Source: an uncultured delta proteobacterium
Lineage (GTDB): Bacteria; Myxococcota; Myxococcia; Myxococcales; Myxococcaceae
Assembly (NCBI GenBank): GCA_963771175.1
Contig: CAVYSY010000030.1
Coordinates: 160,001 to 224,000 of the forward strand
DNA: 64,000 nucleotides
Direction of reading: 5' to 3'
Positions 19,764 to 30,561 of this stretch are shown here, in pieces. The number at the start of each line of letters is the position of its first letter. Within the stretch, counting starts at the first letter, position 1. The notes under the pieces are model-generated. The model worked only from the letters and a program-made list of their open reading frames with translations. It made no database searches and had not been told where the DNA came from. The translations under genes and the position numbers were made by a program.

Positions 19764-20660
19764 ATGCCGAAAAAGATCCTCATTGCCTTCGCGGTGCTGG
19801 TGGCACTCGTGCTCGTCGTCGGCTTCGTGCTGCCGTCGAAGTTCCGCGTCGAGCGCTCGACCACCATCAACGCTCCGGCCGAGGCGGTGTACGCCCACGT
19901 GGCCAACCTGCGACGCTGGCAGGACTGGTCGCCGTGGAACGCGGGGAAGTACCCCGGCACCCAGTGGGTGTTCGGAGGGACGGAGGTGGGGGTCGGCGCC
20001 GTGCACAGTTGGAGCGGCACGGACGTGGGTAACGGCACCCTCTCCCTCATCCAGGCGGATCCGAAGACGGGCGTGGCCTATGACATGGCGCTGGATCAGG
20101 GCCGGTACGTGATTCATGGTCGTATCTCCTTCGCCCCCGCGAGCCAGGGCACCCAGGTGACGTGGGTGGACGAGGGGGACATCGGCGGCAACCCGCTCAA
20201 GCACTACCTGGTGCCCTTCTTCCTGAAGCCGGCGCTCGGCGGAAAGCTGGAGGAGGCCCTGGCCGGCCTCAAGAAGCAGGTGGAGGCCCATCCGCTCCCT
20301 GCGGGCATGGAGCCCGAGCCGACCTCCGCTCCGGTGGAGCAGGCCTCGGCTCCGTCGCAGCCGCCCGCTCCCGAGCCTCCCGCTCCTCCTGTCGCGGAGG
20401 GTGCGCCGGGAGCGGCTCCTCCGGTGGAGGGGACTCAGGTCACTCCCCCGGTCGAGGGGTCGCCCGTGGTCGCTCCGGGTGAGGCGGCTCCCACGACGGC
20501 GGCCACGACTCCGTCCACCGGTGAGCAGGTTCCGGCCGCGCAGGACACGGCGGCTCCCTCGGGCGAGCCGGTCCCCGTGCAGACTGTTCCCGCGGGTGAG
20601 CCCGCACCGGCGCCGGCTTCGGCTCCGGCGGGCGCCTCCGAGACACCCACTCAGCCGTAG
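19764..20660 (+). CDS. SRPBCC/polyketide-cyclase-like protein with N-terminal anchor and Pro/Ala-rich tail
   Basis: VERSTTINAPAEAVY..W.DWSPW; low-complexity C-terminus. Confidence 0.85.
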   Translation: MPKKILIAFAVLVALVLVVGFVLPSKFRVERSTTINAPAEAVYAHVANLRRWQDWSPWNAGKYPGTQWVFGGTEVGVGAVHSWSGTDVGNGTLSLIQADPKTGVAYDMALDQGRYVIHGRISFAPASQGTQVTWVDEGDIGGNPLKHYLVPFFLKPALGGKLEEALAGLKKQVEAHPLPAGMEPEPTSAPVEQASAPSQPPAPEPPAPPVAEGAPGAAPPVEGTQVTPPVEGSPVVAPGEAAPTTAATTPSTGEQVPAAQDTAAPSGEPVPVQTVPAGEPAPAPASAPAGASETPTQP

Positions 20661-20911
20661 TCGGGACGAGGCGGGCTCGACGCCTGTGTCGCGTTCCAAG
20701 TGTTGAGCGGCGAGGTGGACTGGACCTGGCGGAATGGTCCGGCTCGCTGAGCGCCGCGCTCCTGTCCGCCACCTGAGTGTCGGCGCTCGGACGCCATGTC
20801 CTCCCCGGGGTCCACTTCCTTGGTCCCTGGCACATGGCCAGTCTCGCGGTCGCCGAGAAGGGTGCGAGAGCGAACTCTCGAAATCCCCGACACCTCGGCG
20901 AAAGCGCCTTT

Positions 20912-21595
20912 ATGATCGATGAAGTCGATCAACGCCTGAGGAGCTGGGTGGGGCGGGTGCTCGGTGATGCGCCCGTCTCCCTGGCCGTGCCGGACCGCGA
21001 GCGCGTGGACCGGGGCGTGGGGCTCTATCTGCTGGAGCTCGGCCCGGCGCCTCCGCCTCGCACGGCGCGCCGGCCGCCGCTCCGGGTGTCGCTCTGCTAC
21101 CTCGTCACCACGGGGGGGGATTCACCGGAGCGCGCCCACCACCAGCTGGGCGAGCTCGTCTTCGCGGCCATGGAGGAGCCGGGCTTCGAGGTGGACCTCT
21201 CGCCCGTGCCGGTGGTGCTGTGGACGGCGCTGGGGGTGCCTCCCCGGCCCGCCTTCCGCCTGCGCGTGCCATTCGAGCGCGAGCGCCCCATGCCCGCCGT
21301 GCCGCGCGTGAAGGTGCCGCTCATCACCCGGACCGTGCCGGCGGAGGCGTTGCTGGGCCGCGTCGTGGGACCCGGGGACATCCCCATCACCGACGCACTG
21401 GTGGAGCTGCCGTCCATGGGCCTGAGCGCGCGCACCGACGCCAAGGGCCGTTTCCGTTTCGCCTCGGTGCCCACCGACACGCCGCTCGGACGGCTGGAGG
21501 TGCGTGCGAAGGGAGAAGTGCTCGCGGTGCGTACCGAGGAGCTCCCCACCGAGGAGGGAGCGCTGCTGGTGCGCCTGCCGTTGAAGGAGGGATGA
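20912..21595 (+). CDS. CIS cap/terminator (Pvc16/Afp16, DUF4255-like) with C-terminal carboxypeptidase-regulatory-like beta domain
   Basis: First gene before sheath; VGLYLLEL..LCYLVT..LW.ALG...RP pattern; GRVVGP...ARTDAKGRFRF. Confidence 0.7.
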   Translation: MIDEVDQRLRSWVGRVLGDAPVSLAVPDRERVDRGVGLYLLELGPAPPPRTARRPPLRVSLCYLVTTGGDSPERAHHQLGELVFAAMEEPGFEVDLSPVPVVLWTALGVPPRPAFRLRVPFERERPMPAVPRVKVPLITRTVPAEALLGRVVGPGDIPITDALVELPSMGLSARTDAKGRFRFASVPTDTPLGRLEVRAKGEVLAVRTEELPTEEGALLVRLPLKEG

Positions 21596-21596
21596 C

Positions 21597-22806
<1,210 letters not shown>

Positions 22807-22814
<8 letters not shown>

Positions 22815-23295
22815 GCCGAAACAGGCGGAGAATCCACCCCCACAGGAGGCGGGAGCGCAGCCGGGAGCGCTGGTGGACCCGCTCCGCGCGTACAACTTCA
22901 AGCTGGACATCAACGGGGTGAACGAGGGGCACTTCACCGCGTGTGATGGGCTCGAGGTGAAGGTGGATGCGCTGCGCTACCGGGAGGGCGGCGCGGGCTC
23001 GGTGGTGCGGCGGCTGGCCGGGCCGGTGTCCTACGGTGACGTCACCCTGCGCTACGGGCTGACCACCTCACGCGAGTTGTGGAACTGGTTCATGGAATCG
23101 GTGAGCGGCACGCCGAGCCGGAAGAACGTCTCCATCCTGATGACGGGGCTGGACGGCACCACGGAGCTGTTCCGCTGGAACCTGGTGGACGCCTGGCCGT
23201 CGGGGTGGCGCGGCGCGGCGCTGGATGCACTCGGGCAGATGGTGGCCATCGAGTCCGTCACGCTCGTCTTCGAGTCCATCAACCGGGGTGGATGA
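22807..23295 (+). CDS. CIS inner tube protein (T4 gp19-like, Afp1/5)
   Basis: DPLRAYNF, F..CDGL, YREGG, VTLRYG, LWNW, RWNL..AWP, AIES.TL. Confidence 0.95.
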
Positions 23296-23297
23296 GA

Positions 23298-24438
23298 ATG
23301 GCCAGTGGGAGCCGGGAGAATTCCCTCGTCCGCGCGGTGGCGCGGTGGGTGAAGGGCTGGGCGGAATCCGTCCTGAAGGAGCCCGACGCCTCCGTGGAGT
23401 TGCCCGTGGACGGCTCCCGCTCTCCTCGGGAAGCGGCTGGCGCGACGGTCTCCGTTCCGTCGTCTTCCCAGGAGGGCGCGGGAGGGCCCCCGGAGCACTG
23501 GTTGCGGCTCGTCCGGTCGAAACGGCCCGGGCCGCCGGCGGATTGGGTGGAGCGCGTCCGGCAGGGGGCGCCGCACCTGCTCGAGGGTTTGGACGCGGTG
23601 CCTCCCGTGCCCGTCATGCGCGCGGTGCCTGCTCCCCAGGCCCGGCCACGCATCGGACTGGGAAGGGTCGAGACGCCGCCTCGACGTGAACTGGAGGCGC
23701 GCCCCTCGCTTCCTCCCGCGCCCCCCGTGGTGGGGCCCGGTGACTCCTGGCCGGTGCGGCCCGCCGGAACACGGGCGGAGGGCGGCGCGGCCCCCTCAGT
23801 GCCGGAGCGTGCTCCTGCTCCTTCCTTCACCGGGCCACCCCCTCGCGAGCGCCTGCCGAGCCAGACTCGGGAGCACAGGCCCGAGAGACCAGCACCTGCC
23901 CTCCAACCCCGCGAGGCCCCGCGAGGCGGGCTGCTCTCCCCTCGGCCCACGGGTATGCGCGAGGGCTCACGTTCCACCCGGGCACGAGGGCTCTTCCTTC
24001 GTCCGCTCCTCGAGACCTCCTTCCCGGAGAGGAGCCCGGGTCCCGCGCCTCTCCGCGACGCAGCACTCGGGAGAGCACCGGAACGCGCCTGCCCTCGGTG
24101 AGGGGCGGGGATTGTGGCCCGGGAGTGCTCGGGAGGACTCCGCACCACCGCTGCTTCCTCCTTCATCGCGCACCCCCGCCCGGCTCACGGCGTCACCGTC
24201 GGTTGCGCGGTCCTCCTCTCTCGTGCCGTCGGAGCCGACACCGCGCGAGCTCTTGTTCCCCCGGGAGGAGGGCAGGGCGGAGACCTCCTCCCCGTCTGAC
24301 GTGGCATATCTCTCCGAAGTCTCCCACTCGTGGCCGGAGCCTCCGGAGCTCCCCTCCATCGAACCCACCGACCCGCTGGCCGTGCTCCGCGACTGGGAGC
24401 GACTGCGCCGGCTGGAACGTGAACAGCGAGGTGAGTGA
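23298..24438 (+). CDS. Pro-rich, largely disordered CIS accessory protein (possible tape measure); apparent frameshift
   Basis: N-terminal half in ORF 23079..24101 (PPEHWLRLVR..PPADWVERVR); C-terminal WPEPP..RLRRLEREQRGE in ORF 23686..24438 abuts the next gene. Confidence 0.55.
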
Positions 24439-25181
24439 TGGAGCGCGTGGCCTTCCTCATCGAGCCCGAGGGCACCCGGCTGGGGGCCCTGCTCAACCCG
24501 GAGACGCTCGTGGTGCGCCGGACGGCGGGCGTGCGGCCCCGGCGCGCGCTGGGGGTGCCCCTCACGGGGACGGGGCTCTCGGATGACCCGCTCCTCTTCA
24601 CCGGCGGCGGCACCACCGAGCTCAAGCTGGAGCTCCTCTTCGACGTGACGCTGGCGGGCTCCACGGTGACCTCGGAGGACGTGAGGGACCTGACCCGCCC
24701 CTTGTGGCAGCTCGCGGAGAACGCGCACGCCGAGGACGGTTACGGCCGTCCCTCGCTGATGCGCATCGTCTGGGGCAAGGTGCTGAACATGCTGTGCGTG
24801 GTGGCTTCGGTGGCCGAGCGGCTGGAGCACTTCACGGACACTGGCGCGCCCCGGCGCTCCTGGCTCTCCCTGCGCCTGCTGCGCGTGGAGGAGGACACCG
24901 CTCAACAGGTGGAGGCCTCTCGCGTGCCCTCGGGCGGCCTCGACGCCGAGCAGGTGGCCGCGGGCCTCCCGCCCGAGGCCTTCGACACCCAGCCCGTCAT
25001 CAGTGGAGGGCCGGAGCCGGGCTCGGGCCAGCGCCTGGATGAGATTGCCTGGGAGCGCTACCGCGACCCGTCGCTGTGGCGGCTCATCGCCTCGCTCAAC
25101 GGCGTGGCGGACCCGATGCACCTGCCCACGGGCACCGTGCTCCGGCTGCCGCCCGCGTCCGCGCTCCGGGGGGGCTCATGA
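24438..25181 (+). CDS. CIS tube initiator with LysM-like C-terminus (Afp7/Pvc7-like)
   Basis: LLNPETL, LELLFD, F...GAPRR, and RLDEIAWERYRDPSLWRLIASLNGVADP. Confidence 0.85.
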   Translation: MERVAFLIEPEGTRLGALLNPETLVVRRTAGVRPRRALGVPLTGTGLSDDPLLFTGGGTTELKLELLFDVTLAGSTVTSEDVRDLTRPLWQLAENAHAEDGYGRPSLMRIVWGKVLNMLCVVASVAERLEHFTDTGAPRRSWLSLRLLRVEEDTAQQVEASRVPSGGLDAEQVAAGLPPEAFDTQPVISGGPEPGSGQRLDEIAWERYRDPSLWRLIASLNGVADPMHLPTGTVLRLPPASALRGGS

Positions 25182-26698
25182 GGTCCATCCGAGGCCTGCC
25201 CGAGCTGCGCGTGGAGGTGGGGGGGACGCCGCTTCCGCCCGAGGAGCTGCGCACCCTGGAGTCGGTGCGCGTGCAGCAGCACCTGTCCCAGCCCGCCCTG
25301 TGCGAGCTCACCTTCACCAACCCCCAAGGGCCTCTGGCCACCCGGGGACTGCCTCCAGGCAGCGCGCTGCGCATCTCGGTGGCCGCCCGGCGCGAGCCGC
25401 TCTTCGTGGGCGAGGTGACGGCGGTGGAGTACGTCCACGGAGCCGATGGCACGCGGCGGATTCGCGTGCGGGGCTATGACCTGCTCCACCGCCTGCGCAA
25501 GCGGCAGCCGGTGCGTGCGCACGTGCAGGTGACGCTGAGGGACCTGGCCCGGGAGCTGGTGTCGGACCTCGGCCTCTCCGTCGAGGCCTCCGAGCCCGGT
25601 CCGCTTCGCCGCCACCTCATCCAGCACGGACAGTCGGACCTCGAGTTCCTCGTGGAGCAGACAGAGCGCTGCGGGCTGTGGCTGGTACTGGAGGAGGGGG
25701 TGCTGCGCCTGCTGTCCCTGGACGGTGAGGGCGAGCCCGTGCCGCTGGTGATGGGCGAGTCGCTGCTGGAGTCGCATGTAGAGGTGAATGGGGATCCGGC
25801 ATGCCGCTCGGTGTCCTCGGCGGGGTGGAATGTCCTCCAGGCGGTGACCCACAAGGCGGACACCTCCGCGGGTCGCGTGGGCCGGCGGGTGGAGGCCTCG
25901 GTGCCGCCCGATCGCGTGGGGGGCAGTGGAGAGCGCGCCCTCGTCAACGAGAACACCGAGGACACCGCGCACGCCGAGGCACTGGCTCGGGCGGAGCTGG
26001 ACCACCGGCTGGCCCGCGAGGTGGTGCTCACCGGAGTGGCGGAGGGCGACCCCCGGCTGCGTCCCGGAGCGCGCGTGGACCTGCGAGGCGTGGTGCCGGT
26101 GGTGGCGGGTCGATACGTGCTCACCTCCGTGACACACACCCTGGACGCGCGGCACGGCTTCATCTCCGAACTGTCCTCCGCGCCGCCGCCTCGTCGGGCC
26201 CGTCCGCGTGCCTCCTCGGTGGTGCCGGGCGTGGTGAGCCGGGTGGACGACCCGGACAGCAAGGGGCGGGTCCGCGTCTCGCTGCCCACCTGTGGCGACG
26301 TGGAGACGGACTGGATGCAGGTGCTCTGCGCGGGGGCTGGCGCGGGCAAGGGCCTGGTGATGCTGCCGGACGTGGGGGACACGGTGCTGCTCGTCCTCTC
26401 GGGGGAGGACCCGGCGCAGGGCGTGGTCATCGGCGGCCTCTACGGGACGAACGGGCCGCCGGATCCGGGCGTCTCCGGCTCGGCGGTGCGCCGCTTCAAC
26501 TTCCTCACCCCGGGAGGGCTCAAGCTGCGGTTCAACGACGAGAACGGCACGGTGCGGTTGGAGGACCAGAAGGGCAGCTACCTGCAACTGGGTCCCGGCG
26601 TCGTCCGCCTGCACGCCGAGACGGCGCTCGAGATCGAAGCCCCCGGCAACGCCATCAGGATCGAAGCCGAGACCATCGATTTCCGGAGGAGGGACTGA
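25178..26698 (+). CDS. VgrG-like spike/hub (gp27 plus gp5 OB-fold; Afp8-like)
   Basis: LFVGEV, Q..QSDLEFL, GDPRLRPG, DPDSKGRVRV, LPDVGDTVL, VIGGLY. Confidence 0.92.
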   Translation: MRSIRGLPELRVEVGGTPLPPEELRTLESVRVQQHLSQPALCELTFTNPQGPLATRGLPPGSALRISVAARREPLFVGEVTAVEYVHGADGTRRIRVRGYDLLHRLRKRQPVRAHVQVTLRDLARELVSDLGLSVEASEPGPLRRHLIQHGQSDLEFLVEQTERCGLWLVLEEGVLRLLSLDGEGEPVPLVMGESLLESHVEVNGDPACRSVSSAGWNVLQAVTHKADTSAGRVGRRVEASVPPDRVGGSGERALVNENTEDTAHAEALARAELDHRLAREVVLTGVAEGDPRLRPGARVDLRGVVPVVAGRYVLTSVTHTLDARHGFISELSSAPPPRRARPRASSVVPGVVSRVDDPDSKGRVRVSLPTCGDVETDWMQVLCAGAGAGKGLVMLPDVGDTVLLVLSGEDPAQGVVIGGLYGTNGPPDPGVSGSAVRRFNFLTPGGLKLRFNDENGTVRLEDQKGSYLQLGPGVVRLHAETALEIEAPGNAIRIEAETIDFRRRD

Positions 26699-27037
26699 AT
26701 GCGTTGGGTGACCGTGGATGCACTCATGCAGTGCGCGCACCTGGGCAAGATCGGCCTCGTCGCCTCCCAGTCGTGGGTGACCATCGCGGGTCGCCCGGTG
26801 CTCGTCCAGGCGGACCCCGAGGGCCGGCCCATCACCGGCTGTCCCAACATCGGGCCCACCATCAAGCCGTGCACCACCACGCTCAAGGTGCAGGCCGGCT
26901 ACTCCGACTGGATTCGCGTGGACGGCAAGCCCGTCGTCCTCGACATCGTCACCGGACTCACCGATGGCACGCCGCCGGGCGTGGTGAAATACAAGGACAC
27001 CACTCCCGGCCAGACGCTGGTGTCGGAGGGCGTATGA
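26699..27037 (+). CDS. PAAR-like spike tip (DUF4280-like)
   Basis: 112 aa directly after spike; CAH.G, GCP, KPC, V.G.PV pattern. Confidence 0.75.
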   Translation: MRWVTVDALMQCAHLGKIGLVASQSWVTIAGRPVLVQADPEGRPITGCPNIGPTIKPCTTTLKVQAGYSDWIRVDGKPVVLDIVTGLTDGTPPGVVKYKDTTPGQTLVSEGV

Positions 27038-27468
27038 CCGCTCCCCGCTACCGCGCCTGGCGCTTCCTCCATCCGGACCTCGACCTCGTCGGGGTGGGAC
27101 CGGCCGGCCTGCGCGTGTCCAACGTGGGCGGCATCGCCATGGTGCAGGAGGAGGCCTCGGTGCGGCAGGCCATCCTCCTGCTGATGTCCACCGTCCCCGG
27201 CGAGCGCGTCATGCGCCCGGACTATGGCTGCGAGCTGCATCGGCTCGTCTTCGCTCCCAACGACGACACCACCGCGGGCCTCGCCATCCACTACGTGCGC
27301 CGGGCGCTGGAGCGCTGGGAGCCACGCATCGACATCCTCCACCTGGATGCCAACCGGAGCGCCGAGGAGCCCTTCCGCCTCGACGTCTCGCTCGAGTACC
27401 GCGTGCGCGCCACGCAGCGGACCGACCGGATGCGCTTCGGCCTCGATCTCACGGGAGGTCCGGTCTGA
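27034..27468 (+). CDS. Baseplate gp25/GPW protein (Afp9-like)
   Basis: T.PGERVMRPDYG, WEPRI. Confidence 0.92.
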   Translation: MTAPRYRAWRFLHPDLDLVGVGPAGLRVSNVGGIAMVQEEASVRQAILLLMSTVPGERVMRPDYGCELHRLVFAPNDDTTAGLAIHYVRRALERWEPRIDILHLDANRSAEEPFRLDVSLEYRVRATQRTDRMRFGLDLTGGPV

Positions 27469-30059
27469 TGTCGCTCCCCTCGCCCAACCTGGATGACCGC
27501 GGCTTCCAGCAGTTGCTGGAGGAGGCCCGCAACCGCATCGTGCGGATCAGCCCCGACTGGACCGACCTGAGCGCGCACGACCCGGGCATGGTGCTGCTGG
27601 AGGTGTTCGCGCACCTGACGGAGACGATGCTCTACCGGCTCAACCGACTGCCGGAGAAGGCCTACGTCGAGTTCCTCCGCCTCATCGGCGTGCGCCTGCA
27701 GTCTCCGAGCTCCGCCACGGTGCGGTTGCGCTTCAGCCTCTCGCGCCCGGCGGAGCGGCCGGTGGAGATTCCGCGGGGCATGGGCGTCACCACCTCGCGC
27801 GCCGAGCCGGGAGCCGAGCCCGTCATCTTCCTCACCGCCGAGCCGGTGCTCATTCCGCAGGGAGGCACGGAGGTGGAGGTGCTCGCCCACCATGGCGAGC
27901 AGGTGGAGGCGGAGCTGGCGGGCGTCGGCACCGGCCAGCCGGGCCTCACCGTGACGGCGCGCCGCCCGCCCATCGTGGCGCCCACGGGGGACGGGAGGGA
28001 CTTGATGGTGGGCGTGGAGGCCGCGCCCGGCGAGCTGGACGGCCGCGTGCCGGCGCGCAAGCACGGGGAGAAGACGTTCCGCATCTGGCGCGAGGTGGAG
28101 AGCTTCGCCAACCTGCCGCCGGACGAGCCCGCCTACGTGGTGGACCGGATGACGGGCACCATCATCTTCGCGCCGGCGGTGCGGATGACGGGGGAGGACG
28201 GCGCGCTGTCGGCCGAGCCTCGTGCCCTGGCGGCCGTGCCCAGGGCGGGGCGGGCCATCCTCCTGTGGTACCTGCGGGGCGGAGGGCTCGCCGGCAACGT
28301 GGCCGCGGGCGCCCTGGACACCCTCAAGGTGGCGCTGCCCGGAGTGAAGGTGACCAACCCCGCGCCCGCCGTGGGAGGCCGCGCGGCCGAGACGTTCGAC
28401 AACGCCCTCGTCCGAGGCCCGCAGGAGCTGCACTCACTGGGACGCGCCATCACCGCGCAGGACTACGAGCGGCTGGCGCTGCGCAGCTCGGGAGCGGTGG
28501 CCCGTGCCAGGGCCTTCACCCAGGCGCAACTGTGGGCGCACGCACTGCCGGGGGCGGTGGAGGTGCTGCTGGTGCCCTACCTGCCGCCCACCGTGCAGGG
28601 GCCCTCGGGGGAGGGCGTCACCCAGGAGTCCCTGCGGCAGCACGAGACGGAGGAGGCTCGTGCCCGCATCCATCAGGCGCTGGAGGAGCGGCGGCCACTG
28701 GGCACCACGTGCCAGGTGAGCTGGGCGCGCTACAAGACGGTGCGCGTGCGGGCGCGCGTGGTGGTGCACAAGGCGGAGGACCAGGCCGCGCTGAAGCGGC
28801 GCTCGATGGAGCGGCTGCACCTGGCCTTCAACCCGCTGCCCACGCGGCTGCAGCCGGGAGGCTGGCGCTTCGGCCAGTCGCTGCGGGCCTCGCACGTCTA
28901 CGACACCCTGCTCGCCGAGCCCGGCGTCAGCTACGTGGACCAGGTGCGCCTGCTGGTGGACGAGGTGCCCCGGGACGTGCGGACGCTCGCGGAGGACACC
29001 TTCCAGCCGCGCACCTTCTACGCCGGAGGGGGCGATGCCCTCTTCCGCACCGTCAGCGACGCGGACGGCTGGGAGCGCGTGGGCCGCTTCCCCGGGGAGC
29101 AGGTGGAGGCGGTGGAGGCGCACCCGTACCGCGCCGGACTGGTGGCCGTGACCGCGCGGCTGGTGGACGAGCCCCAGCGCTCCCGCATCCACATCTCGCT
29201 GGACAGCGGGGAGACGTGGCAGCGCACCACGCACACGCTGGACCACGTGGAGGACCTGGCGTGGATGGTGCGCGACGGCGTTCCCGTGCTGCTGATGGCC
29301 ACGCGCGTGGGCCTCTTCGAGCTGGCGGTGGAGGAGGGCGCCACGCCCCTTCAGGTGCTGGTGGACCCGGCGGACCACGACCTGGGCTTCTACGCCGTGG
29401 CCGCCTCCACGGACGCTCGCGGCGGGGTGAGCGTGGCGGTGGCGGGGATGAGCCTGCGCGGCGTCTACATCTCCAGCGCTGGCGGGCGCGGCAACAGCTT
29501 CCGGCACATCGGCCTGCGCAACCAGGACGTGCGCGTGCTGGAGGTGCAGCGCGACGGGCCTCGCTCCTTCCTCTGGGCGGGGCTGGCCGCGGCCAGTGGA
29601 GCGGATCCGGGCAAGGGGTGCCTGAGCTGGGAGCTGCTCGGCTCGGCGGACCCGCCGGACGGGTGGCGCCCCTATGACAGGAACTGGGATGGCGGGAGCT
29701 GCCTCGCGCTCGCCTTCGACGGGGCCCGGGCCTACGCCGCCACGCACCGGGCGGGCGTGCTGTGGCTGGACGCGAGCCGGCGCGACGCCGCGTGGAACCG
29801 CCCTGGGGTGGACAGTGGCCTGCCCCTGCGCGAGCGCGAGCGTCTCTTCCAACCCGTGCAGGCCCTGGCCGTGGCGCCCGGCGGTGGGCTGCTGCTCTCG
29901 GGAGGCCCGGGGGGCGTCCACCGCCAGCACGAGCCGGGCGGCCAGTACGAGAACGCCTCGACGCAGGAGTTCACGGAGAAGGTGACGCTGCCGCCCACCT
30001 GGCTCCTGGTGTCGGGCGTGCACGAGCTCGAGGTGGTGACCGTCGATGAAGCGGAATGA
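27468..30059 (+). CDS. Baseplate J-like wedge (Afp11-like) fused to a C-terminal BNR/beta-propeller domain
   Basis: PNLDDR, WTD...HDPG..LLE, YRLNR, GG..GNV, TNP.PA.GG, RAITAQDYE; C-terminal ~350 aa with Asp-box SLDSGETW and blade-like repeats. Confidence 0.88.
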   Translation: MSLPSPNLDDRGFQQLLEEARNRIVRISPDWTDLSAHDPGMVLLEVFAHLTETMLYRLNRLPEKAYVEFLRLIGVRLQSPSSATVRLRFSLSRPAERPVEIPRGMGVTTSRAEPGAEPVIFLTAEPVLIPQGGTEVEVLAHHGEQVEAELAGVGTGQPGLTVTARRPPIVAPTGDGRDLMVGVEAAPGELDGRVPARKHGEKTFRIWREVESFANLPPDEPAYVVDRMTGTIIFAPAVRMTGEDGALSAEPRALAAVPRAGRAILLWYLRGGGLAGNVAAGALDTLKVALPGVKVTNPAPAVGGRAAETFDNALVRGPQELHSLGRAITAQDYERLALRSSGAVARARAFTQAQLWAHALPGAVEVLLVPYLPPTVQGPSGEGVTQESLRQHETEEARARIHQALEERRPLGTTCQVSWARYKTVRVRARVVVHKAEDQAALKRRSMERLHLAFNPLPTRLQPGGWRFGQSLRASHVYDTLLAEPGVSYVDQVRLLVDEVPRDVRTLAEDTFQPRTFYAGGGDALFRTVSDADGWERVGRFPGEQVEAVEAHPYRAGLVAVTARLVDEPQRSRIHISLDSGETWQRTTHTLDHVEDLAWMVRDGVPVLLMATRVGLFELAVEEGATPLQVLVDPADHDLGFYAVAASTDARGGVSVAVAGMSLRGVYISSAGGRGNSFRHIGLRNQDVRVLEVQRDGPRSFLWAGLAAASGADPGKGCLSWELLGSADPPDGWRPYDRNWDGGSCLALAFDGARAYAATHRAGVLWLDASRRDAAWNRPGVDSGLPLRERERLFQPVQALAVAPGGGLLLSGGPGGVHRQHEPGGQYENASTQEFTEKVTLPPTWLLVSGVHELEVVTVDEAE

Positions 30060-30561
30060 GATTGCCCGGTTGCTGCCCGGCGTCTTCCAGCGGACCCTCG
30101 ACGGGGACGGTCCGCTGCTGGCGCTGCTGGAGGTGATGGAGGCCCTGCACGCGCCTTCCGAGGCGACGCTGGCCGAGCTGCCCTCGCTCTTCCATCCCCT
30201 GCGCGCGCCGGAGCGCTTCGTGCCCTTCCTGGCGCACTGGGTGGACCTGGGCGTGCCCGTCACCACGGGCCTGGGGAGGATGCGCGAGCTGGTATCCGCG
30301 GCGGCGGAGCTGTCACGCTGGCGTGGCACGGCCCGGGGGCTGCTGCTCTTCCTGCGCACGGCCACCGGACGCGAGGACTTCGTCATCGAGGAGCAGGTGC
30401 CCGGCGCCAACGGGCGACCCCGGCCCTTCCACCTCCGCGTGCGCGCACCGGCCGAGCTGGCCTCGCACCGGCCCATGGTGGAGGCCATCATCGAGCGGGA
30501 GAAGCCCGCCTACGTCACCTACGAGCTGCTCTTCGAGCAGCCCTCACCAGGAGCGAGCTGA
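30046..30561 (+). CDS. Phage P2 gpI-like baseplate/tail protein
   Basis: LLPGVFQ, P..AP..FVPFLAHW, RWRGT..GL, EKPA. Confidence 0.85.
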   Translation: MKRNEIARLLPGVFQRTLDGDGPLLALLEVMEALHAPSEATLAELPSLFHPLRAPERFVPFLAHWVDLGVPVTTGLGRMRELVSAAAELSRWRGTARGLLLFLRTATGREDFVIEEQVPGANGRPRPFHLRVRAPAELASHRPMVEAIIEREKPAYVTYELLFEQPSPGAS

